The position numbers and the translations under genes are program-made. The notes beneath the pieces are model-generated. The model worked only from the letters and a program-made list of their open reading frames with translations, made no database searches and was not told where the DNA came from. A stretch of 64,000 bases of DNA from an uncultured delta proteobacterium (GTDB lineage Bacteria; Desulfobacterota; Binatia; Binatales; Binataceae). Each line of letters opens with the position of its first letter. The first letter of the stretch is position 1. This document shows positions 46,676-56,297 of this stretch, one piece after another. Location: positions 928,001-992,000 of the forward strand of contig CAVXXK010000001.1 in assembly GCA_963765675.1 (NCBI GenBank). Direction: 5' to 3'.

Positions 46676-48697
46676 ATGATCAAGTGTCCCGAATGTGGTG
46701 AGCAGGCGCCCGACGGCGCGAAATTCTGCGACCGATGCGGCCGCGGTCTCGACCCCGCCGCCGCCAGCGCCGCACCCGTCGCCACGCGTCCGCCGCCGCT
46801 GGCTGCCGGCGCTATCCTCAAGGACAAGTTCGAGATCGTCGAGCCGATCGCGGGAACCTCGATCGAAAATCGTTATCGCGCGCGCACGATCGGCGGCGAC
46901 ACTCCCGCCTCAGTCATTCTGCGCGAGCGCTTCGGCCCCAAGCCTGAGATTCAATCTAATAACGCCGCCGATTCGCAAAACGAAGCCACCGCTCCCGACG
47001 CCGATACTGCTCCGCTTCCTGCGCCGGAAGATCCAAACGGTCCGCACGCAAAAACCGCCGAGCTGAAACCAGTACTCGCCGCACCCCCACCCGCGCCGGC
47101 CGGAGCCCTCCAGGCAGAGACCGCGGTCGAGGCTCCGGAACCAGCGCCTGCTGCCGCCATCGAGAACAAGAACGAGAGTGACGGCGCGCCCTCCGATAGC
47201 GTCGTGAGCGCGGACTCGCAGGCCAACGGAACCGCGCCCGTATTGGAAACGCCACCGGCCGATGCCGGCGAGCAACCTGATCTACAGGAGCATCTCGAAG
47301 ACCTTGCACAGGATGATTTGGGCGAAGTGTTCGGGCGCGTGATGGCGCTCTCGATGACGCTGTCGCATCCGGCGTTCCAGCGCGCCGACGCAGGCTTTGC
47401 CGAAAACGGGCGCGTCTATCTGGTCTATGCGGACGAGGCCCTTAAGCCGATGCCCGCGCCGCCGATGAGCGAGCCCGAAGCGATCTCGGCCGCGATCCAG
47501 GTGTGCCAGGCGATCGCGTTCGTGCATCGCCGGGGCCTGCGCCTGAACGACATCTGCCCGCAATCGGTGGCACTGTCGGGTTCGGGGCGGATAAAGCTCA
47601 CCGGGCTCGATTACGTGAGCAACGACAATGAGTTGGCGGGCGATCTGATTTTCAACGACGGCTATACCGCGCCCGAGATTTATCGCGGCAAGAAGACCGA
47701 CAAGCGCGCCGATATCTTCTCGGCCGGAGCACTCCTCTACACTTGGCTCACGGGCGAGCGGATCGAGAGCGAGAGCTGGCGCGAGGAAGCCGGTCCGGTG
47801 CGCTTTTATCCGCCGCACGTCGTCACACCGGAACTCGAGCAGGCGATATTGCGGGCGATCCAGTTCGAGCCTTCCGCACGCTGGGCGACGATCGACGAGT
47901 TCAAAGCCGAGCTGACCCGCCTGCTCGCACAGTTCCGGATTCGCATCGCCGCGCTGACTGACGTCGGGATGGTGCGAGACCATAACGAAGATGCGCTGAT
48001 GATCGTCGATTATGTGCGTGACTCGCTGGTCGAGCCGGACCAGAATCATCTGTGCGTCGTGTGCGACGGGATGGGCGGTGCGGAAGCGGGCGAAGTCGCA
48101 GCCGCAATTGCGGTTAAAACGATCCGCGATTATGTTGAAACCCGGCTGGCCGGTGCCGAAGCGATCGATCCGGGCAAGCTCATGAGCGGCGCGCTCGAAG
48201 AGGCAAATTCTAAAATTCTGGAGTACGTCGGATTCCATCCGGAGTCGCGCGGGATGGGTTCGACCGGCGTTACTGCTCTGCTCACCCAGAGCGGCGCAGC
48301 GGTGGCATGGGTTGGCGACAGCCGCGGCTACCTGCTGGAAAACGGCGCGCTCAGGCAGGTGACCAAGGATCATTCTCTGGTGCAGCGCCTGGTCGATATA
48401 GGGCAAATCACCCCTGCCGAGGCGCGCACCCATGAGCATAAGAACGTGATTACGCGCTCGCTCGGCGCGCGCCAGAGCGGTCCTGCCGGAGCGGAAGCCG
48501 TGCCGGTAAAGTTAAAGCGCGGCGACCAGTTGCTGCTGTGCAGCGACGGGCTGACGACTCACGTCGAGGACAAGGATGTAGCCGCGATCCTGCGGCGTCA
48601 TCGCGATCCCTACGACGCGGCGCGCGAGCTTATCGCGGCAGCTAACGCCGGCGGCGGTACCGATAACATCACCGTGATTGTAATTCACGCGAGCTGA
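46676..48697 (+). CDS. zinc-ribbon + pseudokinase + PP2C phosphatase fusion
   Basis: CPEC..CDRC. The kinase fold has LNDICPQS / GLD / YTAPE / DIFS. PP2C motifs NED, CDGMGG, GDSR, CSDGL and GGTDNIT. Confidence 0.88.
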   Translation: MIKCPECGEQAPDGAKFCDRCGRGLDPAAASAAPVATRPPPLAAGAILKDKFEIVEPIAGTSIENRYRARTIGGDTPASVILRERFGPKPEIQSNNAADSQNEATAPDADTAPLPAPEDPNGPHAKTAELKPVLAAPPPAPAGALQAETAVEAPEPAPAAAIENKNESDGAPSDSVVSADSQANGTAPVLETPPADAGEQPDLQEHLEDLAQDDLGEVFGRVMALSMTLSHPAFQRADAGFAENGRVYLVYADEALKPMPAPPMSEPEAISAAIQVCQAIAFVHRRGLRLNDICPQSVALSGSGRIKLTGLDYVSNDNELAGDLIFNDGYTAPEIYRGKKTDKRADIFSAGALLYTWLTGERIESESWREEAGPVRFYPPHVVTPELEQAILRAIQFEPSARWATIDEFKAELTRLLAQFRIRIAALTDVGMVRDHNEDALMIVDYVRDSLVEPDQNHLCVVCDGMGGAEAGEVAAAIAVKTIRDYVETRLAGAEAIDPGKLMSGALEEANSKILEYVGFHPESRGMGSTGVTALLTQSGAAVAWVGDSRGYLLENGALRQVTKDHSLVQRLVDIGQITPAEARTHEHKNVITRSLGARQSGPAGAEAVPVKLKRGDQLLLCSDGLTTHVEDKDVAAILRRHRDPYDAARELIAAANAGGGTDNITVIVIHAS

Positions 48698-48715
48698 TCT
48701 TAGACGGCTTAAGCG

Positions 48716-51115
48716 ATGGCGGAAAATCCAAACCCAACTGGACCGGTAACCGGACCGCTCGCGCCCGGGACCCTGCTCCAGAACCGCTATCTGATCGATC
48801 GCCTGCTGGGCGGCGGCGGGCAGGGGATGGTTTACCTTGCGCGCGATCAGCGGCTTGCCAATCGCACCTGCGCGCTCAAGGAGATGGTCGATCATTTCAT
48901 CGACCATGCCAAGCGAATCGAAGCCAACGACTACTTCGCGCGCGAGGCCGACACCCTGGCGCAGCTGAAGCATCCGGCGATCCCCGCGATAACCGATCGC
49001 TTCGACGACCAGAATCGCCACTACCTGGTGATGGAGTACGTCGAGGGGCGCAACCTCGAAGAAGAACTCGCCGCGCGCGGCGAACCTCTTCCCGAGGGCC
49101 TGGTTATCGACATCGCGCGCCAGCTCTGCGACGTGCTGAGTTATCTGCACGGGCACGAGCCGCCCATCATCTACCGCGACATGAAGCCGTCGAACGTGAT
49201 GCTGACGCCCAAGGGGCGCGCAGTGCTGATCGATTTCGGAATCGCGCGGCTGTTCAAGGCCTCCAGCAAGGGCACCATGATCGGCACGCTGGGCTTCGCG
49301 CCGCCAGAACAGTACCAGGGCAATGTCGATCCGCGCAGCGACCTCTACTCACTCGGCGCGACGCTGCACTACGTGCTCTCCGGACGCGACCCCGAGAAAT
49401 TTCCACCGTTCAGCTTTCCGCCGATCCGCGAGCTGCGCCCCGCGCTCTCGCCGAATCTGGCCGGCGCGATCGACGCCGCCCTCGCCTACGACGTGTCGCG
49501 CCGCCCCGCGAGCGTGGCCGACTTCCGCGACATGATGCTCTATGGCCGCGGACTCGAGGACGCAGGCGCGCGCGGCGTCACCGCGCGTGCCGGCACCGAC
49601 GACTTGTCGCTGGCCTCGATTCCCGACGAACTGCCGCAACAGGTCTATCGGCCGCGCAAGCCAAAGAGCGCGGCGCGCCGCGCGATCGCGCTACTGGTGT
49701 TTTGCGTCCTGCTGGGCGGAATGGCATTCGGCGCGACTTATGTTTATTCGGATCCGCAGCTTCAGGCTGAGCTCGGGGTCAAAGGGTTTATCGACGGGCT
49801 GCCGTGGAAGCATGAGGAGCTGCTGGCCAAGGCGCAACAGCATCCGCTCGACTTCGAGCGGATGACGCTTGCGCTCTCGACGCGCGAGGGCACTCCGCTC
49901 GGTCCGCCGCAGGCTTCGTTCACCGATACCGATCTGACCAACGCGCGCTATCTGAAATGGTCGGCGACGTTTACCAACGCGCTAGCGGGACTGGCAGGCC
50001 GCTCCGACAAGGTTGAGGCGCGCTTCTATGATCCCAACGGACTGCAGATCGCCTCGAGCAATCAGGAAGTGTACCTGGGTCCCTCGCAATCGACCGCGGA
50101 TTTCTCGGGCGTCGCGCTGATGCCCACGATGACGGATAAGCCGCCCGGCAGTTACAAGGTCGCGGTTTACATGGACGATCAGATGCTGGGCGAAAACCAG
50201 TTCACGGTGACGCAGGACCTGTCGGCGCGCAAAGCCGCCGCCGCTGCCGATGCGGCCGCGGCAGCCGCCGCGAAAGCCGACGAAGCCAAACGCGCCGAAG
50301 AAGCGCGCCGGCTCGCGATGATCGAAGAGGCGCGCCGCAAACCTCTGCAACTTCGCGATATCCAGTTTCTCAATACCACCAAAACCGGCACCGCGATTTC
50401 CGGCGCGACCACCAGCTTCGACGTCTCCAAGGTTCTGTTCGTTGGATGGCAGGTCTCTTTTGACAATCGCCTGTTCGGCCTCGAATCGAGCCAGTACCGC
50501 GTCGACGCGGCATATATCGCACCCGACGGGCGCACGCTCGGAAGCGTCAACGATTGGCAGAACATATCGCCGAGCCAGCGTATCGCGACCTTCAGCGGAC
50601 GGGTCGGCAACTCGCGTGGAGGAGCTTTCCTGCCGGGAACCTACACCGTCAATTTTTATTTGAACGGGCAATACTTCGGGCAGAAGAAATTCCGCGTGGT
50701 CGCATCCGCCGGAGGACCCTATGCGTCCTCGCCCAGCAGCGGAAGCTATAGCGGCAGTGGCAGCGGCTACGGCGGCGGTTACGGATCATCGGGATCGGCC
50801 ACCGCGAGCTTGGTCGGTCCGACGCTCGCGACCGGTACGATCAGCGGTCTTCCGGGCGGAGGTCATCCGGGGATGGAACTGCGCCTGCGCCCGCAGCCCA
50901 ACGGCTTTCTGCATGGCGAGCTGGTGATCCACAAACCCGGCTTCGAGTTGGCGCCGCTCGAGGGTTTTATCCGCGGCAACCACATCCAGTTCCAGGTCCC
51001 ATACGGCAGCGACACCTATTATTTCGAAGGCGAGCGCGGCGGCGACACCCTAAGCGGCACCTACAATTCGACGCCGTCGGGCGGCAGCGGCACCTGGACC
51101 GCACAAGCTAACTGA
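48716..51115 (+). CDS. membrane-anchored Ser/Thr kinase with repeated extracytoplasmic beta domains
   Basis: GGGGQG, ALKE, YRDMKPSN, DFG and APPE, followed by TM ALLVFCVLLGGMAFGATYVY. Confidence 0.92.
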   Translation: MAENPNPTGPVTGPLAPGTLLQNRYLIDRLLGGGGQGMVYLARDQRLANRTCALKEMVDHFIDHAKRIEANDYFAREADTLAQLKHPAIPAITDRFDDQNRHYLVMEYVEGRNLEEELAARGEPLPEGLVIDIARQLCDVLSYLHGHEPPIIYRDMKPSNVMLTPKGRAVLIDFGIARLFKASSKGTMIGTLGFAPPEQYQGNVDPRSDLYSLGATLHYVLSGRDPEKFPPFSFPPIRELRPALSPNLAGAIDAALAYDVSRRPASVADFRDMMLYGRGLEDAGARGVTARAGTDDLSLASIPDELPQQVYRPRKPKSAARRAIALLVFCVLLGGMAFGATYVYSDPQLQAELGVKGFIDGLPWKHEELLAKAQQHPLDFERMTLALSTREGTPLGPPQASFTDTDLTNARYLKWSATFTNALAGLAGRSDKVEARFYDPNGLQIASSNQEVYLGPSQSTADFSGVALMPTMTDKPPGSYKVAVYMDDQMLGENQFTVTQDLSARKAAAAADAAAAAAAKADEAKRAEEARRLAMIEEARRKPLQLRDIQFLNTTKTGTAISGATTSFDVSKVLFVGWQVSFDNRLFGLESSQYRVDAAYIAPDGRTLGSVNDWQNISPSQRIATFSGRVGNSRGGAFLPGTYTVNFYLNGQYFGQKKFRVVASAGGPYASSPSSGSYSGSGSGYGGGYGSSGSATASLVGPTLATGTISGLPGGGHPGMELRLRPQPNGFLHGELVIHKPGFELAPLEGFIRGNHIQFQVPYGSDTYYFEGERGGDTLSGTYNSTPSGGSGTWTAQAN

Positions 51116-51131
51116 TTTTCTTCCGCGACAG

Positions 51132-51542
51132 ATGATCACGTCTTTGCAGCGCGAGGGACTGGCGAGTATCCGCAGGCTGCAACGGCAATGGCTCGCGATG
51201 CTGGTGGCGGGACTTGCCCTGTTCCTGCTTTCGATCGTGCTGGTCGCGCTGGACTTCATGCATCTCAGTCGCCCGGCGGTAACCGAATTGCATCTCGCGT
51301 CGTGGGAGATGTTTTTGTTCCTGGCCGCGCTGATCGTGGTTGCGGCGAGCACCTATGTTGCTTTGGCGATCCGGGTGCGGCGATGCCCGCGCTGCGGCGA
51401 GCATTTCTTCATTCGATCGAGGCGCAAGCGCCCCGCCGTGCGCGGAGAGCAGTTTCCCGCAGGTCCGCTGCGCCAGCAGTGCCGCAATTGCGGTCTGAGC
51501 CTCGGCGAAGTAGCGGTAGATTCCGCGCCGCAGAATCCGTAG
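51132..51542 (+). CDS. hypothetical two-TM protein with zinc ribbon
   Basis: Two hydrophobic helices followed by CPRC..CRNC. Confidence 0.7.
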   Translation: MITSLQREGLASIRRLQRQWLAMLVAGLALFLLSIVLVALDFMHLSRPAVTELHLASWEMFLFLAALIVVAASTYVALAIRVRRCPRCGEHFFIRSRRKRPAVRGEQFPAGPLRQQCRNCGLSLGEVAVDSAPQNP

Positions 51543-51561
51543 TGCGTCCGCTTTGTATGGT

Positions 51562-51735
51562 TGTCATTCTCGCGCCCTTCGGCAGGCTCAGGGCAGGCTC
51601 CGGCTGCCGCGCGAGAGCCTGTCCTGAGCAAGGCCGAAGGAAATCCCGAACGAGAGAGCGCCGCATCGAGCGTGACTCGGAGCACGCCCGCCTCGGGATT
51701 CCTCACGCGCGGCAGCCACGCGCGCGGGAATGACA
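51562..51735. repeat. TGTCATT..GAATGACA palindromic element carrying a nested CCTTCGGC..GCTCAGGGCAGGCTC / GAGCCTGTCCTGAGC..GCCGAAGG hairpin
   Basis: Terminal TGTCATTCTCGCGC / GCGCGGGAATGACA. Nested inverted repeat at about 51576-51640. Confidence 0.8.
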
Positions 51736-51785
51736 CCTTTTGCAGTAAGGGATTTGTTACGGACGACGATCTCGAATCAAGTCCG

Positions 51786-51823
51786 CTTCTCCTTCGTGTC
51801 TTGGTGTCTTGGTGGCCGGTTGA
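51786..51823. repeat. family D short repeat
   Basis: CTTCGTGTCTTGGTGTCTTGGTGGCCGGTTGA, matching 27081-27115. Confidence 0.75.
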
Positions 51824-51881
51824 ATTCCGTCCCGCTTGAACGCCGGGGCGCGGCGCGTAATGCTGTGCGCCTAGTCTTTCG

Positions 51882-52754
51882 ATGGCAAATACTCTTTCCC
51901 GCGAGAAACTGCTCTTCTATGCCGCTGCGGGCGGTTTGGGCGGCTTTGCCGCTTGGGGAGCCGCCGAGCCGTTTTTGGGCATTCGCTCGGTCTTCGGCCG
52001 TGATATCCTGCTCGGCGCGCTGATCGGTTTTTTCATCGCAGCGTTCCTCGCCTCGATCGAAGCGCTCAGCGTCGGCCAATGGCGGCAGGCGCTGCGCGGC
52101 GTCTGGGCCGGCGGAATCATCGGACTCATCGGCGGCGCTATCGGGCTGGTCATCGCCGAGGTCGCGTTCGACATCCTGGGTGGAATTGTTGGACGGACGC
52201 TCGGATGGGCAGTCCTCGGAGTTTTCGTCGGACTCGGCGTCGGATGGGCTTCACGCAGCAACGCCCGGCGGCGCAACGGCGCTCTGGGCGGAATCGTCGG
52301 CGGGGCGCTCGGCGGATTTTTTTACCAGAGCCTGACTTCAACCTTTCCGCAGGCCTTCGGCCGCGCGATTGCGATTATTGTGCTGGGCGCGCTGATCGGA
52401 TTTTTTATCGGACTGGTCGGCGAATTGCTCAAGCGCGGATGGCTGATGGTGGTGCGCAGCCAGAGCCGCAACGCGCGCGAGGGACGCGAGTATCCGCTGG
52501 TCAAAGGAGTCACGATTATCGGCCGCGCCGAGGAATGCGATATCGGACTGTTCGGCGACAAGTCCGTGCTGGGGCATCATGCGATCATCCGGCAGGAGGG
52601 CCGCGCCTACTTCATCAGCCCGACCGGCGGCGGTCAGGTTCTGCTGAACCGCCAGCCGATATCGGGCCGCCAGCCGCTGCGCAGCGGCGACCGGGTCGAA
52701 GTGGGCGGCACGCTGTTTCTATTCCGCGAACGCGCGCAAGTCGCGCAACGTTGA
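51882..52754 (+). CDS. multi-TM glycine-rich membrane protein with C-terminal degenerate FHA domain
   Basis: About six GxxxG-rich helices, then IGR..HAII..L..GDRVEVG FHA-like fold. Confidence 0.85.
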   Translation: MANTLSREKLLFYAAAGGLGGFAAWGAAEPFLGIRSVFGRDILLGALIGFFIAAFLASIEALSVGQWRQALRGVWAGGIIGLIGGAIGLVIAEVAFDILGGIVGRTLGWAVLGVFVGLGVGWASRSNARRRNGALGGIVGGALGGFFYQSLTSTFPQAFGRAIAIIVLGALIGFFIGLVGELLKRGWLMVVRSQSRNAREGREYPLVKGVTIIGRAEECDIGLFGDKSVLGHHAIIRQEGRAYFISPTGGGQVLLNRQPISGRQPLRSGDRVEVGGTLFLFRERAQVAQR

Positions 52755-52765
52755 CGGTGTGATCC

Positions 52766-53554
52766 GTGCGACGGGCTCAACCGATCGCTCTCGCGGCAAC
52801 ACTCTGGGTAGCGGCTGCATTTGTAGCCGCCGTGCTGGCGCTGCCGGGATGCTCTGCGGTCGGGCTTGAATCGCAAGCGCCGCCGGTCGAATCCACTTCG
52901 GTCGAGAAACTCGAGTATTATCAGTACCAAGTCAAAGGCTATCAAAACAGTTTCCCGCATCGCTCGATCATGGTCCTGATGCCGACCGACGATCGCGATT
53001 TCTCGCAGGCGGGCACGCCCGATCATGCGCCGCTCGACGGCAACCCTGCGGTCGGAATTTCACTCGGCCAGAGCGGACAGGTCGTGCAGCGGCTATACAG
53101 CAGTCCTCTCCCGGCAATCGTCCAGAAGGCGATCGGGGTTTCGGCGGAAGAGGCCGGGATGACCTCGATGTTGAACCCTGACTCGACCTACACTCCCGGC
53201 AAGCCGGCGACGACCGACTACGTGCTGGTCAGCACGATAACGCGCGGATGGGTAATCAAGCGGCGGGGACCGGACGGCGAGTATGGTCCGGTGTGGGCGA
53301 CCTCCGCGGATTTCGCGCTCGCGATCACGATCTACAAGGCGCCGTTCAGTGTGCCGTTCTGGCAGGGTACGTCCTCGTCACTGTACAACGACCCTCCGAT
53401 CGGAAGCTTCGGATTGGGACCTGAGGACGAGGCCGGAGTTTACGACGATCCCGGCGAAGTGCTGTCGGTGGCGTTGACCCGCGCGGTCGCCGGGATTTTC
53501 CAGCATGAAGATCTCCGCACGCTGGTCTCGCAGGACGAGATTCATCCGCGCTAG
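52766..53554 (+). CDS. hypothetical lipoprotein
   Basis: Signal peptide with LPGC lipobox. Confidence 0.75.
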   Translation: MRRAQPIALAATLWVAAAFVAAVLALPGCSAVGLESQAPPVESTSVEKLEYYQYQVKGYQNSFPHRSIMVLMPTDDRDFSQAGTPDHAPLDGNPAVGISLGQSGQVVQRLYSSPLPAIVQKAIGVSAEEAGMTSMLNPDSTYTPGKPATTDYVLVSTITRGWVIKRRGPDGEYGPVWATSADFALAITIYKAPFSVPFWQGTSSSLYNDPPIGSFGLGPEDEAGVYDDPGEVLSVALTRAVAGIFQHEDLRTLVSQDEIHPR

Positions 53555-53697
53555 GCCGTCCTAGTCTGCCTATATAAGAAAAATTCCTTATAGCACGCGG
53601 GTTTTTTGCTAACCTTGAGGTTACTTGCTTCGCGGCCATGATGGTTTAGCCTGAAGCCAGGTACTAAACGGAGCCAAATTCAGGAGAACATTTCGCG

Positions 53698-55227
53698 ATG
53701 GCTGCTTCCGCTCACGAGACCGTCGCTACTAATCATCTCGCCTCGAAGCCGGTCGATCCGCCGTGCGCAATCGTGATATTCGGAGGCGCCGGCGCGCTGT
53801 CGCATCGCAAGCTATTGCCCGCGCTCTACAACCTGGCGCTCGACGGCGATTTGCCGGAGCATTGCCCGATCGTGGCGTTCTCGATGGAAGATCTTAACGA
53901 CGAAAGCTACCGCGAGCTCGCTCGCGACGCGATCGAAAAGTACTCGCGCCGCCCGCTCGAAGCGGCGGCCTGGGGAAAATTCGGCCCACGAATCCATTAC
54001 GTGCGCGGACGCTTCACCGAACGCGCCGATTATGACGGATTACGCAAGCGCCTCGAAGAGATCGATCACACCTACGCGACCCAAGGCAATCACATTTATT
54101 ATTTCGCGATTCCGCCTTCGTTTATCGAAAGCTGCGCCGCGATGCTGCATGAAGCCGGGATGATCCGGCCTCCCGACGGTGAGCATCATTTCACCCGCGT
54201 CGTGGTCGAGAAGCCGATTGGCTACGACCTGGCCAGCGCGACCGCTATCAACGATCGAATCGCGCTCAATTTCGACGAAAGCCAGATCTTTCGTATCGAC
54301 CATTACCTGGGCAAGGAGACGGTCGAGAACCTGATGGTGCTGCGGTTCGCCAACGCGATCTTCGAGCCGCTGTGGACCTCGCGCTCGGTGGACCATGTCC
54401 AATTGACCGTGGCCGAGGACGAAGGCGTCGGCACGCGAGCGCCGTACTACGAGCAGGCCGGCGCGCTGCGCGACATGGTGCAGAGCCATATCCTGGGCGT
54501 GCTGAGCATTATCGCGATGGAACCGCCACGCACCACACGCGCCCGCGCGGTGCGCGATTCGAAGCTCGACGTGCTGCGCTCGATCCGCCGATTCAGCGAT
54601 GAAGATATAGAAAAATTCGCGGTTCGCGGACAATATAGCGCCGGGCTGGTCGGCGGCGTGGCGGTCCCGGCCTACAGGCAGGAAGAGAACGTCGCGCCCG
54701 ACTCCCGGACCGAGACTTTTGTGGCGATGCGATGCTGGATCGACAACTGGCGTTGGGCAGGCGTTCCGTTCTATATACGCACCGGAAAGCGGATGCCCAA
54801 ACGCGCCAGCGAGATTGCGATCTACTTCAAAGCCGTGCCCCGAATCCTGTACAACTCCAACCCGCGCGCGCAACTGGCGCCCAATATGTTGACCATCCGG
54901 ATTCAGCCTGACGAAGGCCTGTCGGTTCATATCATCTCGAAGGTGCCGGGGGCGCAGGTGCGCCTGCAGCAGGTAGCGGTCGATTTCCACTACACCACCA
55001 CCACGCCCGAAGCCTACGAGACTCTCCTGCGCGACGTTATTCACGGCGACCAAACCCTGTTCATGCGCCGCGACGCGGTCGAAGCGTCATGGCGCCTGGT
55101 CGATCCGATTATCGCAGCTTGGGCCGAATCGCCCGCCGATCCTCCTTTGTACGCGGCGGGCTCATGGGGACCGATAGAGGCCGCCCTGATGATGGCGGCC
55201 GACGGACGCACCTGGCGCGCGCTCTAG
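53698..55227 (+). CDS. zwf: glucose-6-phosphate dehydrogenase
   Basis: RKLLPALY, VEKPIG, RIDHYLGKE and RWAGVPFYIRTGK. Confidence 0.96.
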   Translation: MAASAHETVATNHLASKPVDPPCAIVIFGGAGALSHRKLLPALYNLALDGDLPEHCPIVAFSMEDLNDESYRELARDAIEKYSRRPLEAAAWGKFGPRIHYVRGRFTERADYDGLRKRLEEIDHTYATQGNHIYYFAIPPSFIESCAAMLHEAGMIRPPDGEHHFTRVVVEKPIGYDLASATAINDRIALNFDESQIFRIDHYLGKETVENLMVLRFANAIFEPLWTSRSVDHVQLTVAEDEGVGTRAPYYEQAGALRDMVQSHILGVLSIIAMEPPRTTRARAVRDSKLDVLRSIRRFSDEDIEKFAVRGQYSAGLVGGVAVPAYRQEENVAPDSRTETFVAMRCWIDNWRWAGVPFYIRTGKRMPKRASEIAIYFKAVPRILYNSNPRAQLAPNMLTIRIQPDEGLSVHIISKVPGAQVRLQQVAVDFHYTTTTPEAYETLLRDVIHGDQTLFMRRDAVEASWRLVDPIIAAWAESPADPPLYAAGSWGPIEAALMMAADGRTWRAL

Positions 55228-55265
55228 CGAGCGTCACCGGGTGCCAGTTGGGGAGACTGAACCGT

Positions 55266-56267
55266 ATGGGCATCCGGGGAGTAACGCTTTCGCATCGCGT
55301 CGCGACACATCATTGTCCGAAACTGCCGAACTCTGATCTGGGGCTGATCCTCGAACAGATCGAGTTCATCGGCAAACGGATCGCACGCGAGCTCGCGCAC
55401 GCGTCGATCGGCGGCGAGCTCGGCTATACCGGCAAGACCAACGTCCAGGGCGAGCAGACCAAGAAGCTCGACGAATGGACCAACGAGGTCTTCATCGAGG
55501 CATTCGCGCATCGCCGTCCGGTGTGCTGCCTCGCCTCCGAAGAGATGGAGGAGGCGATCCACGATAGCGAGCCGTGCGGAGAGCCGAGCTACGCGCTGCT
55601 TTACGATCCGCTCGACGGCTCGTCCAACACCGACGTGAACGGATCGCTCGGGACGATCTTTTCGATCCGCCAGCGCGCTCGCGGCCACACGGGCAAGATC
55701 ACCGACCTCCTGCGTCCGGGAAGCGAACAGGTCGGCGCGGGCTATATCCTGTATGGACCGGGCACGCAGCTCGTTTTTACCGCGGGAGCGGGCGTCGATA
55801 TTTTCACCCTCGATCATCGCAGCGGCGAATTCGTCTTGTTTCGTGAAGGAGTGAAAATGCCGCCGCGCGGCGGCGCATACTCGGTCAACCAGGGCAATCT
55901 CGGCAAGTTTCATCCGGGCGCGCGCAAGTTCGTCGAGCATCTGACCAGCCGCAAAGATAAAACTACCTCGTATTCGCTGCGCTACACGGGCGCCTTCGCC
56001 GCGGACTTCCATCGATGCCTGCTCGAAGGCGGGCTCTATCTTTATCCGGGCGAAGTCAGCTCCGGCGGAAACACCAAGGGCAAGTTGCGCCTGATGTACG
56101 AGCTCGCGCCGATGGCGATGATCGCGGAGCAGGCGGGCGGTAAAGCCTCGAACGGCAGCACGCGGATTCTCGACGTGGTGCCGACGGCGCTCCACGAGCG
56201 CCAGCCGATTTATATCGGCAGCGCGGCGGAAGTTGACCTCGCGGAAGAGATGCAAGTCGAGGGCTGA
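55266..56267 (+). CDS. fbp: class 1 fructose-1,6-bisphosphatase
   Basis: NVQGE..KKLD, ASEE, DPLDGSSN and GKLRLMYE. Confidence 0.95.
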   Translation: MGIRGVTLSHRVATHHCPKLPNSDLGLILEQIEFIGKRIARELAHASIGGELGYTGKTNVQGEQTKKLDEWTNEVFIEAFAHRRPVCCLASEEMEEAIHDSEPCGEPSYALLYDPLDGSSNTDVNGSLGTIFSIRQRARGHTGKITDLLRPGSEQVGAGYILYGPGTQLVFTAGAGVDIFTLDHRSGEFVLFREGVKMPPRGGAYSVNQGNLGKFHPGARKFVEHLTSRKDKTTSYSLRYTGAFAADFHRCLLEGGLYLYPGEVSSGGNTKGKLRLMYELAPMAMIAEQAGGKASNGSTRILDVVPTALHERQPIYIGSAAEVDLAEEMQVEG

Positions 56268-56297
56268 GGACGAGCGGCCGGCCGCGCGGAAGTATTT

